In this document: piece after piece, positions 20,473-30,151 of the stretch
Position numbering within the stretch: position 1 is the first letter of the stretch
How the letters are laid out: each line of letters opens with the position of its first letter
Assembly (NCBI GenBank): GCA_038064195.1
Contig: JBBTTO010000002.1
Coordinates: 466,387-530,386 of the forward strand
Direction: 5' to 3'
DNA from: Patescibacteria group bacterium
Lineage (GTDB): Bacteria; Patescibacteriota; Microgenomatia; Levybacterales; UBA12049
Length of the DNA: 64,000 nucleotides
The notes under the pieces: model-generated
Database searches by the model: none
Told to the model about the DNA's origin: nothing
What the model saw: the letters and a program-made list of their open reading frames with translations, nothing else
Made by a program: the position numbers and the translations under genes

Positions 20473-21510
20473 ATGAAAATAGCAATTGATATCTCTCCTC
20501 TTGAGTCAGGGCACAAAGTTCGTGGCGTAGGATTTTATTTATTACATCTCAAGAAGGCTTTAGAGGAGATCTCTTCTCCCCACGAGTTTATTTATTTTAC
20601 AGGTACGGCGCCGGGGGATGCGGATTTGGTTCATTATCCCTACTTCGATCCGTTTTTTATAACCTTACCTCTCCATAAGAGACTCCCGACAGTCATCACT
20701 ATTCATGATTTAACACCTATTGTCTTTTCCAAGCATTTCCCCTCCGGTATAAAAGGGAGTCTTAATTGGCAGCTCAATAAGAAATTGGTCCGACGAATAG
20801 ATCATGTGATTACAGATTCTGATTCATCTACCCGCGATGTTATAAAGTATATCGGCCTGCCGGATTCTAAAGTATCATCTGTCTATTTAGCAGCCGGCGA
20901 AGAATTCAGAAGATCATCAAAGACCAAAGATCTAAGAACAAAATACAATCTGCCTGACAAATTTGCCCTTTATGTAGGTGATATCACGTGGAACAAGAAC
21001 TTACCTAGGATCATCCAAGCCGCAGAGGAGGCAGAAATACCGCTTATTTTGGTAGGTAAATCAATTACGGAAAAGAATTTTGACAGGAAAAATCCGTGGA
21101 ATAAAGACCGCCTCCAGGTGCAGGAGCTTTTAAGCCAAGCAAAGTATGCCAAAGCCTTAGGCTTTATTGATACTGACGATCTGGTCGGGCTATACAACCT
21201 GGCAGCTGTTCTTATGATGCCCTCTCTTTATGAGGGTTTCGGTTTGCCTGTCCTTGAGGCAATGCAGTCCGGGTGTCCTGTCATAACCTCAAAAGAGGGA
21301 TCTCTTACAGAGGTGGCAGGGGATGCGGCCTACTTTGTCGATGCATATGACGCAGAAAGTATCTCACAGGGACTGATTACTGTTTTCAAGTCTGCAAAGC
21401 TCCAGGCAGAATTATCTAAAAAAGGCCTCGTGAGAGCCAGGGCTTTTTCTTGGGGGAAAACCGCTGCCCAAACACTTTCAGTCTATGAGAGTGTTTTGGT
21501 TCACAAATAA
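20473..21510 (+). CDS. GT4 family glycosyltransferase (MtfB-like)
   Basis: KIAIDISPL, RGVGFY, TIHDL, KNL, YEGFGLPVLEAM; TATAAT at 20453-20458. Confidence 0.9.
   Translation: MKIAIDISPLESGHKVRGVGFYLLHLKKALEEISSPHEFIYFTGTAPGDADLVHYPYFDPFFITLPLHKRLPTVITIHDLTPIVFSKHFPSGIKGSLNWQLNKKLVRRIDHVITDSDSSTRDVIKYIGLPDSKVSSVYLAAGEEFRRSSKTKDLRTKYNLPDKFALYVGDITWNKNLPRIIQAAEEAEIPLILVGKSITEKNFDRKNPWNKDRLQVQELLSQAKYAKALGFIDTDDLVGLYNLAAVLMMPSLYEGFGLPVLEAMQSGCPVITSKEGSLTEVAGDAAYFVDAYDAESISQGLITVFKSAKLQAELSKKGLVRARAFSWGKTAAQTLSVYESVLVHK
20919..20946 (+). repeat. Degenerate 7-nt tandem repeat inside the CDS (interdomain linker)
   Basis: aaagacc aaagatc taagaac aaaatac, encoding KTKDLRTKY. Confidence 0.55.
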
Positions 21511-21517
21511 TAACAAA

Positions 21518-22786
21518 ATGACAGAACGTATAAAATCTTTGATAAAACATCCGGTAGTTGCCGGTAGCTCCGTGATATTCTTAGGTTCGTTCGGAGCTAA
21601 TTTTATTAACTATCTCTTCAACCTCTTTATGGGCAGGGTGCTCTCAGTTGATGACTATGGACTCCTTACCTCTCTCAATTCTCTTTTTATTCTTGTCGGG
21701 ATTTTTAGTGTCTCATTCGGAAGTGTTGTCACTAAATTTTCTGCCAAATATTACAGCTCTGGTGATATCCCCTCGGCTGCAGTTCTGGTAAGACACACGG
21801 GGAAATTCGTTCTTATTTTTTCATCGGCACTTACTCTCATACTCCTGATGCTCACTCCTCAGATAGCTGCATTTCTGCATATTACAAACTATGTTTACAT
21901 AGATCTGATCTTAGGCGCGCTCTTTTTTTCGCTTATTCTCTCAATACCGGCAGGATTTATACAGGGTAGACTGCAATTTCTTCTTTTATCATTTGTCACT
22001 ATTATTCAGCCGGCGTTGAAGATTGTTATCGCTCTTGTTTTGCTTTTTTTAGGTTTTTCAGTTCTCGGTCCGATTATTGCGATTGCCCTCTCAACCGCTA
22101 TTCCCGCAGTAGGGTTGTATTTTTATTTGCTTAAGAAATACTCAAGATCAGCACATGGATATACAAAGATTGACCCAACATTTAAAAAAGAATTTATTCA
22201 TTATATATATACGTATTTCCTTTCAGGCATTGGCCTTTCTCTTCTTTCAAATACTGATATTATTCTTGTTCGCCATTTTTTTACCGCACAAACGGCTGGT
22301 CAATACGCAGCTCTTTCACTTATGGGTAAAGTGATTTTTTACTTTACTGCTCCTGTTACAATAGTTTTTTTTCCAATTATTGCCTATAAAAAAGAACGAA
22401 GAGAACGTTTGCTGGGAACTGTTTTATTAGCATCAGGAGGTGTAGTTGGTGTTTCAGTATTGATGTCTCTGTTCTATTTTGCTTTTCCGCAAATTGTCCT
22501 CAGTGTTTTCTTTCCAAAGCCCGGGTATCAGGTGTTGACTCAGTATCTCGGGTACTACTCACTCTATATTTTGATATTTGCCTTCGCTTCGCTTCTTAAC
22601 AGTTATTTTCTTTCAATCGGTAAGACAAGGGTTTATATTATTACGCTTATCGGTGCTGTAATTCAGATCGGAAGTATCCTGCTCTTTCATTCTTCAATCT
22701 ACGAGATCATTATCGGGCTATTCAGCTCGTCTTTCGTCATGTTATTATTGTTCTTAATTTATTATTACTTACATGGAGAAGATTAA
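21518..22786 (+). CDS. wzx: Wzx-type oligosaccharide flippase (MOP superfamily)
   Basis: About 12 TMs; NYLFNLFMGRVLSVDDYG, TDIILVRHFF...AGQYAA; start moved to ATG 21518. Confidence 0.8.
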   Translation: MTERIKSLIKHPVVAGSSVIFLGSFGANFINYLFNLFMGRVLSVDDYGLLTSLNSLFILVGIFSVSFGSVVTKFSAKYYSSGDIPSAAVLVRHTGKFVLIFSSALTLILLMLTPQIAAFLHITNYVYIDLILGALFFSLILSIPAGFIQGRLQFLLLSFVTIIQPALKIVIALVLLFLGFSVLGPIIAIALSTAIPAVGLYFYLLKKYSRSAHGYTKIDPTFKKEFIHYIYTYFLSGIGLSLLSNTDIILVRHFFTAQTAGQYAALSLMGKVIFYFTAPVTIVFFPIIAYKKERRERLLGTVLLASGGVVGVSVLMSLFYFAFPQIVLSVFFPKPGYQVLTQYLGYYSLYILIFAFASLLNSYFLSIGKTRVYIITLIGAVIQIGSILLFHSSIYEIIIGLFSSSFVMLLLFLIYYYLHGED

Positions 22787-23555
22787 AACCATTTCACTCG
22801 TTGTCCCAACCTTTAAACAGGAAAGTTCAATTATAGAAAATATCAATTCTCTGGAAGCAGCCCTGAAAGAGCTCCCATATAGATATGAGATTGTTATTGT
22901 TGTGGATGGATTTTTGGATAATACGTATAATTTGGTAAAGAAGTTACGTCGACGTCACGTACGGGTTTTGGGTTATGAATCAAATAAAGGCAAAGGCTTT
23001 GCCGTTCGTTTTGGTATGCTTCAGGCAAAAGGAGACGTGATCGGTTTTATAGACGGCGGGATGGATATCGATCCGACCAGTATCTCAATGCTTGTCAACC
23101 ATTTTATCTGGTATGACGCGGATATTGTCATCGGGAGCAAGCTTCATCCCGTCTCACAGGTTAATTATCCGTTTATCAGAAAAGTTCTTTCCTGGGGATA
23201 TAGATCAATGATACGGATCATGTTTGGTTTGAAGGTAAGAGATACTCAGGTTGGGATGAAACTTTTCAGACGGGAAGTTGTCAGAGACGTTTTTCCGAGA
23301 CTTCTTGTCAAGCATTTTGCTTTTGATATTGAGATACTGGCTGTTGCTTACTCAAGAGGGTTCAAGCGAATTTTTGAGGCTCCTGTTAAAATTATCTTTA
23401 CCAATAAGAGCTCTATTGCAGGAAATAGTTTTAGTTCTGTATTAAGTAAATCGTTTTGGGAAGCTATCATGCATATGATGTGGGATACTTTTGCTGTTTT
23501 TTACCGTCTCAAAATCCTCAATTATTACAACAAACAGCAAGTACGTGCTCTATGA
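22773..23555 (+). CDS. GT2, polyprenyl-phosphate glycosyltransferase (ALG5/DPG-synthase-like)
   Basis: NKGKGFAVRFG, FIDGGMDIDP, DIVIGSK, DTQVGMKLFRR, FAFDIEIL. Confidence 0.85.
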   Translation: MEKIKTISLVVPTFKQESSIIENINSLEAALKELPYRYEIVIVVDGFLDNTYNLVKKLRRRHVRVLGYESNKGKGFAVRFGMLQAKGDVIGFIDGGMDIDPTSISMLVNHFIWYDADIVIGSKLHPVSQVNYPFIRKVLSWGYRSMIRIMFGLKVRDTQVGMKLFRREVVRDVFPRLLVKHFAFDIEILAVAYSRGFKRIFEAPVKIIFTNKSSIAGNSFSSVLSKSFWEAIMHMMWDTFAVFYRLKILNYYNKQQVRAL

Positions 23556-24646
23556 ACATCCTAATCTTGAACTGGAGAGATCCGAAGAATCCCAAGAGTG
23601 GTGGAGCTGAGATAGTGACTCTCGAGCATGCCAGGGCATGGGTCAAAGCGGGGCATACGGTTGAGTGGTTTACGAGTAGATTCGCAGGAGCACCACAAAG
23701 AGAAATAATCGATGGGGTGACCATCATTCGGAAAGGAGGAAGTCTCACCAATTTTTTCTATGCGCCTTTTTTTTACCTTTCAAGAAAAAATAACTACGAT
23801 GTGGTCGTTGATGAGATACATGGCCTCCCATACTTTACTCCGCTGTACGTAAAAGAACCAATTATTGCATTTATTCATGAGGTAGCAGGGGAGATATGGG
23901 ATTATATGTATCCATTTCCCATAAATAAAATTGGTAAATTTATTGAGTCACGATATTTTCATTTATATAAAGTCATACCCTTTTGGACTGATGCACCTTC
24001 GACAATTGATGATTTATCTAAATATGGGATTGCAAGAGAGAATTGCGTAGCAATACCGTGTCCAATAAGCAATAATTCTCAACAATTATCGTTTGTGAAG
24101 GAAAAAAAACCAACATTTATTTTCGTCAGTCGTTTGGTAAAGATGAAAGGTGTAGAGGATGTCATTAAAGCTTTTAAAGAAATTGTTGTGATTGAGTCAA
24201 AAGCAAAACTTTGGATTGTTGGTGGAGGGGAAGAGAACTACGTTGTATTTCTAAAAAGTTTGGTTAAAAAATTGGGGCTAGAGAAGCAGGTTAGATTTTA
24301 TGGAAAAGTGACAGATGCCAAAAAAAAGGAGCTGATGAGGAAGGCGCATCTTCTCCTTCACGCATCAGTAAAAGAAGGGTGGGGGCTAGTTGTTGTTGAA
24401 GCGGCCAGTCAGATGACCCCGAGCGTTGTCTATAACGTCTCAGGATTGAAAGACTCAGTCAAAGATCAACAAACAGGCATACTTACTAAAGAAAATACAC
24501 CAGAGGCATTAGCAGAAGCGGCTATTAGCCTTATTAATGATAAAACAAATTATCAAAGACTACAAAAAAATGCGGTAGCATGGGCCACATCTCTGACGTG
24601 GGAGGATGCAACCCAAAAAAGTCTCAAACTACTTGAATCACTATGA
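23552..24646 (+). CDS. GT4 family glycosyltransferase
   Basis: LNWRD..NPKSGGAE, SRLVKMKG, KEGWGLVVVEAA; true start at the ATGA overlap 23552. Confidence 0.9.
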   Translation: MNILILNWRDPKNPKSGGAEIVTLEHARAWVKAGHTVEWFTSRFAGAPQREIIDGVTIIRKGGSLTNFFYAPFFYLSRKNNYDVVVDEIHGLPYFTPLYVKEPIIAFIHEVAGEIWDYMYPFPINKIGKFIESRYFHLYKVIPFWTDAPSTIDDLSKYGIARENCVAIPCPISNNSQQLSFVKEKKPTFIFVSRLVKMKGVEDVIKAFKEIVVIESKAKLWIVGGGEENYVVFLKSLVKKLGLEKQVRFYGKVTDAKKKELMRKAHLLLHASVKEGWGLVVVEAASQMTPSVVYNVSGLKDSVKDQQTGILTKENTPEALAEAAISLINDKTNYQRLQKNAVAWATSLTWEDATQKSLKLLESL

Positions 24647-25479
24647 GGCAAGCAAAAGTATCAATATCAATTCCAACTTACAATAGCGCAATATTTCTCA
24701 AAAAATGTTTAGAAGCAATCGCGCAGCAGTCCTATGCAAATATTGAGGTAAACATTGTTGATGGGGAGTCACATGACGGGACCGTAGCTATTGCCAGAGA
24801 GCACGGTGTTAAAAATATCTTCACTTGTAAGGATGCATTACTTTCGGCTCGATTTGAGGGCGTTTGGCATTCCAAAGGGGATTTTGTTTTATTGTTGGAT
24901 AGTGATCAGATTCTTAACAAATCAGCCATTGCAAGAGCAGTCCAACTTTGCGAGAAAGAAGATTTTGATATGTTAGTTTTGGAAGAGGGCGTGTACAACC
25001 CTCAATCATTTATAGAGAGATTATTTCAGCAGGACAGAAAGCTGATCCATCAGGTAAAAGATTTTAGTCCATTTACTGGTGTAGTTCTTCCGAGGTTTTA
25101 TCGTAAGAGTTTATTGCTAAAAGCAATGAAGAATATTCCTGAAGAAACCAGAAAAGCTGTTGGTGGTCAGGATCATGCTATTATCTACTTTGAAGCATGG
25201 AATATCAGTCAAAAAGTCGGTTTTCTTCCTGATGCCGTTTTACACATAGAACCTAATTCACTTAAAACCATTTGGAAAAAATTTTATCGTTGGGGGGGAA
25301 CGAGTGTCGGGGCACGTTATGGTAAGTATGATGAGATGTTAAACAAAAAAGAACGCTTCCGAACGGGACTTTTTAAGAAAGGACTCATGAGAGAAAGTCT
25401 GGCATCAATTCTTTTGTTAATTCTCAAAGGGGTACCTTACAAATTAGGTTATTATCGAGCAAAATTATCAACAAAATAA
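24643..25479 (+). CDS. GT2 family glycosyltransferase
   Basis: SISIPTYNS, VDGESHDGT, LLDSDQ. Confidence 0.82.
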   Translation: MRQAKVSISIPTYNSAIFLKKCLEAIAQQSYANIEVNIVDGESHDGTVAIAREHGVKNIFTCKDALLSARFEGVWHSKGDFVLLLDSDQILNKSAIARAVQLCEKEDFDMLVLEEGVYNPQSFIERLFQQDRKLIHQVKDFSPFTGVVLPRFYRKSLLLKAMKNIPEETRKAVGGQDHAIIYFEAWNISQKVGFLPDAVLHIEPNSLKTIWKKFYRWGGTSVGARYGKYDEMLNKKERFRTGLFKKGLMRESLASILLLILKGVPYKLGYYRAKLSTK

Positions 25480-25480
25480 C

Positions 25481-26389
25481 ATGCCTGCAAAACCTGAAGT
25501 ATCTATCGTTATTCCAACAAGAAATCGACAAAACCAACTCAAGAGACTTCTTGCCTCGATTTCTCAGTCTATGTATAAAGATTATGAAATCATCATAGTC
25601 AATGACGGGACTGATACATTGTCATTACCAAACAGCAGGCACATACATATTATAGATAATAACTCAAATAAAGGCCTGGCTTTCTCGCGAACGAGAGGGG
25701 CCCAAGAAGCGAGAGGTGAGTATGTTCTTTTTATAGATGATGACAATGTTATTAATAGGGACATGCTAAGGATATTGGTTACTGCTCTTATGAATCACAG
25801 TACACTACTTGCCGTTGGCCCTGCGACTTATTATCTTTCAAATAAAAGTAAAATTTGGTTTCTTGGCTCAAAAATGAATTTGTTGACATCAATGCCGATC
25901 TTTAAGAGGCAATACCAGAAAGAAGAGCTTATTGCAGGTAATTTACTTATAACTGAGAACCTCCATAACTGCTTTATGGTGCGTAAAAAACAGGGAGACA
26001 AAGTAGGATGGTTCGACCCGTTCGTTTTTATGAATGGTACGGAGTTTGATCTTTTTCAAAGAATTAAGAGGCAATATCCCAGTATGATTTTGGCGGCTGT
26101 TACCGATGCTATGTGCTTCCATGATGTACCTGAGTTTCATAACGATCTTCTGAGAAGCATGGGTTTTGAGAACAAACGGCGTGTGTATTATTTCCAGCGA
26201 AATAGAGGGCTGCATGTTGGGAGGTATGGTCGGCTGCTTGATAAGCTGAGTTTGTTAGTTGTTTTTTATCCTCTGTTTTTGATTGTTTATTCGTTCCTGT
26301 TCTTGTACTATAGACGAGGTGATTTTTTTCTGGCTCATATAAGAGCGACATTCGACGGATATAGACTACTCTTACGTACATTTATTTAG
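25481..26389 (+). CDS. GT2 family glycosyltransferase
   Basis: SIVIPTRNR, VNDG, FIDDDN, YYFQRNR. Confidence 0.85.
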   Translation: MPAKPEVSIVIPTRNRQNQLKRLLASISQSMYKDYEIIIVNDGTDTLSLPNSRHIHIIDNNSNKGLAFSRTRGAQEARGEYVLFIDDDNVINRDMLRILVTALMNHSTLLAVGPATYYLSNKSKIWFLGSKMNLLTSMPIFKRQYQKEELIAGNLLITENLHNCFMVRKKQGDKVGWFDPFVFMNGTEFDLFQRIKRQYPSMILAAVTDAMCFHDVPEFHNDLLRSMGFENKRRVYYFQRNRGLHVGRYGRLLDKLSLLVVFYPLFLIVYSFLFLYYRRGDFFLAHIRATFDGYRLLLRTFI

Positions 26390-26391
26390 CT

Positions 26392-28275
26392 ATGTGTGGA
26401 ATACTTGGAGTATTAACAAAAGATAATTCGGGATCGGAGCTTTTTAGAGATGCTCTTCAGACTTTGTCGCATCGAGGGCCTGATTCTGAAGGTATTAAAG
26501 AGTTTCCTAATAAAAAAAGTAAATTAATTCTTGGTCAGAAAAGGCTGGCAATTATTGACCTGAATCCGAGCGCAAATCAGCCAATGGCTGATGTAACGGG
26601 GAGATACTGGATCACCTTCAATGGCGAAATTTACAATTATTTGGAGCTCAAGGATGCCCTTATCAAAAAAGGGCATAGATTCCGTACCAAGTCTGACACT
26701 GAGGTGGTTCTTGAAGGATATAAAGAGTATGGAATAAAAATAGTAGAAAAACTGCGGGGAATGTTTGCCTTCGGCTTATTTGACAAGAACCGTAATTCGC
26801 TTATTCTTGCGCGTGATCACTTTGGCAAGAAGCCAGTATATTACTACCATGATAAAGATACTCTCGTTTTCGGCTCGGAAGTTAAGGCTCTCGTTGCATT
26901 CTTGAAAAACAAACAGCCTCTATCTATAGACCAACAAGCAGTCATAAAATTTCTCATGTATGGGTATATCCCCTCTCCAAGAAGTATTTATAATGAAATT
27001 AAAAAACTTCCCGCAGCGACAGTACAGGAGATTGATCTCACTACCTTAAAAATAGTAAAGAATATCAAATTTTGGAATCCTCAGGAAATTACATTAAATG
27101 ATATTTCTTTCGATGAGGCCGTTGCTAAAACAGATCAACTTTTACAAGATGCAGTAAAAAAGAGATTGATAGCCGATGTCCCGGTGGGCAGCTTTTTATC
27201 AGGAGGAATAGACAGCAGCTTGGTTACGACAATTGCCGCCAAATTTCATCCGGGTATAGAGACATTCAGTGTAGTCTATAGTGATAAAAGATTCGATGAG
27301 TCAGAGTATGTGAAAATGGTAGGGAGTAGATTGCCAATAAAATATAACCTTTTTAACTTTAAAGATAGTTACGCACTTCCTTTATTGAAGGAAATTTTAT
27401 CACTCATGGATGAACCAATGGCTGACGCTTCATTACTCCCTACGACATTTGTTGCTAAGCAAACGAGAAAAAAAGTTACCGTGGCTCTCAGTGGAGATGG
27501 GGGAGATGAGCTATTCGGAGGTTATCCAAAATATAATGCCCAGAAATTATTTGATAAAAAATTTCTTTTTTTACTCATGAGAGCAGGTAGGGGAGCTGAC
27601 AAGATAATTGATCATCTGCCTATTGATCCTGTAAAAAAAAATATCTATAGAAAACTTCTAGAGGGAGTCGATTTAAGTACCTATAGCCGGCATTTCGTAT
27701 GGGGAAGTGGAAGCTTCACTTTCAGTGAGTTAAAGAAATTACTATCGGTAAATACAGTGATTTCAGAAGAGGAGATCTTCTCTGAAAGCAAAACTTTTTT
27801 TGACAGTTTTAAACAAGTAGATTCCGGGAATAGAATTCTTTTTCTGGATGCCATGATTCAGCTTCCGGACTGGTATCTCGTTAAAGCAGATCGAGGATCT
27901 ATGTCTCAATCTCTTGAGGTCCGTAGTCCATTTCTTGATGCAGATTTAGCGGAGTTCGTGATGGCTCTTCCATCAAGGTATAAGTATTCGATCGCAAAAA
28001 ATAAAATTCTTCTTAAAAAACTTGCGGGAAAATACCTGCCGCTTGAGGTTATTGATCGTAAAAAAATGGGGTTTGGTCTCCCTTTGAATAAATGGCTAAC
28101 TAATAACTTCAGGGGTGAGGTTGAGGAATCGCTTGCATCACTTCCTGAAGACATGTTTAATAGAGAATATATTCTTTCCCTCTGGGAAGAACTGCGATCA
28201 GGCAAGGCAGATAATGGTACGAAAATCTGGAGATTATTTATATTAGGATCATTTTTACAAAATCATGTCAACTAA
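26392..28275 (+). CDS. asnB: Asparagine synthase-family glutamine-dependent amidotransferase (probably glycan amidation)
   Basis: N-terminal MCGI, ANQPM, FNGEIYNY, SDTEV, RDHFGKKP, LSGGIDSS, SGDGGDELFGGY, KADR. Confidence 0.9.
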   Translation: MCGILGVLTKDNSGSELFRDALQTLSHRGPDSEGIKEFPNKKSKLILGQKRLAIIDLNPSANQPMADVTGRYWITFNGEIYNYLELKDALIKKGHRFRTKSDTEVVLEGYKEYGIKIVEKLRGMFAFGLFDKNRNSLILARDHFGKKPVYYYHDKDTLVFGSEVKALVAFLKNKQPLSIDQQAVIKFLMYGYIPSPRSIYNEIKKLPAATVQEIDLTTLKIVKNIKFWNPQEITLNDISFDEAVAKTDQLLQDAVKKRLIADVPVGSFLSGGIDSSLVTTIAAKFHPGIETFSVVYSDKRFDESEYVKMVGSRLPIKYNLFNFKDSYALPLLKEILSLMDEPMADASLLPTTFVAKQTRKKVTVALSGDGGDELFGGYPKYNAQKLFDKKFLFLLMRAGRGADKIIDHLPIDPVKKNIYRKLLEGVDLSTYSRHFVWGSGSFTFSELKKLLSVNTVISEEEIFSESKTFFDSFKQVDSGNRILFLDAMIQLPDWYLVKADRGSMSQSLEVRSPFLDADLAEFVMALPSRYKYSIAKNKILLKKLAGKYLPLEVIDRKKMGFGLPLNKWLTNNFRGEVEESLASLPEDMFNREYILSLWEELRSGKADNGTKIWRLFILGSFLQNHVN

Positions 28276-29059
28276 TTACAAAGAGCTAAACGAAGGAAGA
28301 TATACAACTCTTCATGATTACACAAATCTTTCTTTACTGGAGAGAATCTATTTTAATTTTTCGCCTGGGACAATTGTTCTACGGCGCTTATTTCGAATTT
28401 TAGATGATTACCTTCGAAAATCTAGTATAAAAAAAACTAAAATTCTTGATGTTGGTTGTGGAGGGGGGATGAAAGAACTTGCTCTTCGCGGAGAGGTTAC
28501 CGGCATTGATATTAGTGATTCCAGTCTGAGAAATGCGAAGAAAATTTATAAAAAAGCAATAGCGTATGATCTTTCGAAACGCTATCCTTTTCCTGATGAG
28601 TCTTTTGATATTGTATTCTGTTCAGAAGTGTATGGACATATTGATGTAAATGATAAAGATCATTTTATTGATGAAATAAAGAGAGTGCTAAAAAAAGATG
28701 GTTTTTTTATCTTCTCCATAGAGACAGATGGCAATAACTGGCTGACTCGCTACCTCAGGAGAAAAAAATTATACCAAAAGTTATGGATAGACTTCGACGG
28801 CCATATTGGCTTGGAAACTCCGCAACGAACGATTGGCAGATTTAAGAAAAGGTTCAAGAAGGTAGAGTATCTGGTAAATAATACCTCTGTATTTACAGTA
28901 GATGAATTGGCGTCCATTTTCCCAAGTATTGCTCGTATAACTAAAAATACATCGATCAGACGAATTATCAATTTATCTCTTGCTCCATTCTACGAATTGT
29001 CGATCAGAGTGACAAATCTGTCCTCAGCAAACAATATCTGCGTCTATGGCAAAAAATAA
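28265..29059 (+). CDS. Class I SAM-dependent methyltransferase
   Basis: ILDVGCGGG, GIDIS, PFPDESFDIV..EVYGHI, RVLKKDG. Confidence 0.85.
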   Translation: MSTNYKELNEGRYTTLHDYTNLSLLERIYFNFSPGTIVLRRLFRILDDYLRKSSIKKTKILDVGCGGGMKELALRGEVTGIDISDSSLRNAKKIYKKAIAYDLSKRYPFPDESFDIVFCSEVYGHIDVNDKDHFIDEIKRVLKKDGFFIFSIETDGNNWLTRYLRRKKLYQKLWIDFDGHIGLETPQRTIGRFKKRFKKVEYLVNNTSVFTVDELASIFPSIARITKNTSIRRIINLSLAPFYELSIRVTNLSSANNICVYGKK

Positions 29060-30086
29060 CCCGCTTCTCTCTATTTGTATTCCCACCTTCAATCGCGCTG
29101 CGTATCTATCTGAGACGATTCAGTCAATTCTGTCGCAGACATATACACATTTTGAACTTATCATTATTAATGACGGATGTACTGACAACACAGAAGATGT
29201 TGTCAAAGGCTATAAAGATAAGAGAATACAATATCTCAAGAATAAAAAAAACTTGGGTTACATTAAGACTATGAATAAGGGAACTATGCTTGCGAAGGCC
29301 GAGTGGGTCATGCATGTCTCAGATGACGATAAGATGCGTCCGACTATGCTTGAGGAAATGGTAGATGCTCTTTGTGAATATAACAATCAGGAGATCGGAT
29401 TCGTCGTGCCTCAATCTGCAAATATTGATCACAAAGGAGAGCTGATTAATGAACCCCCAAAACAACTGGTTAATAAGAAGAGTATTTTATTAAAGCCGAA
29501 AGAATTTATATGTAACTTCACACTTTACGGAAGGAAAATTCGTGATACATATGTTTTTAACACCTCATTTCCTTCAACTCTTTTTAATAAAAAAATTTTG
29601 ATAGAGCTTGGTATGTCCAGTGAGGATGTCCCTGTCTCCCATGACGTTCTGATCGAATCTGAGATTTGTCTTCTCTATCCTGTTTTAGTCGTTGATAAAC
29701 CGCTATTTGAATATAGAGTGCATGAGAACTGGGGCTCCAGTCTAAATCGTAAAGGAACATATGTAACTGAATATGAGCATTTTCTTGAAAAGCTCTTCTC
29801 ATTTATAGACAAAAATAACATCAAGTTTGATTATAATTTTCGTAAATACGCATATCAGGCTCTTACTAACTACATATTTGCTCTTAACGGTGGCCTACTC
29901 AGGCTTTCAGGTAAATATCAGGGATCTTATCAGCAAAGATTGAAGAAAATAGAAGGATATATTTCTTTTGGAGTTTCACATGACAAATTATTACTGGTAT
30001 CGTTGAGGTTTTATATCGTAGTTATGGCATCGCTTTTACCCCAGTCCATAATCATCAGTCTGGGACGATTTTCCAGAAAAACATAG
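29046..30086 (+). CDS. GT2 family glycosyltransferase
   Basis: SICIPTFNR, SILSQTY, NDGCTDNT, SDDD, YRVH. Confidence 0.88.
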   Translation: MAKNNPLLSICIPTFNRAAYLSETIQSILSQTYTHFELIIINDGCTDNTEDVVKGYKDKRIQYLKNKKNLGYIKTMNKGTMLAKAEWVMHVSDDDKMRPTMLEEMVDALCEYNNQEIGFVVPQSANIDHKGELINEPPKQLVNKKSILLKPKEFICNFTLYGRKIRDTYVFNTSFPSTLFNKKILIELGMSSEDVPVSHDVLIESEICLLYPVLVVDKPLFEYRVHENWGSSLNRKGTYVTEYEHFLEKLFSFIDKNNIKFDYNFRKYAYQALTNYIFALNGGLLRLSGKYQGSYQQRLKKIEGYISFGVSHDKLLLVSLRFYIVVMASLLPQSIIISLGRFSRKT

Positions 30087-30099
30087 AATGACAATAGTA

Positions 30100-30128
30100 T
30101 TGACAACACAGAGAAAACAATGAATAAT
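30100..30128 (+). promoter_or_regulatory. Sigma70-type promoter
   Basis: TTGACA (30100-30105), 17 nt, AATAAT (30123-30128). Confidence 0.55.
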
Positions 30129-30151
30129 AGTCTAGTTAATTAGCTATTTAC

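Noticed and set aside
1327-27641. A8-A9 homopolymer runs (for example 1327, 14501, 16277, 19193, 27633) as phase-variation switches
   Set aside because: Short, expected in AT-rich Lys codon runs, and all host frames are intact; read-level length variation would be needed
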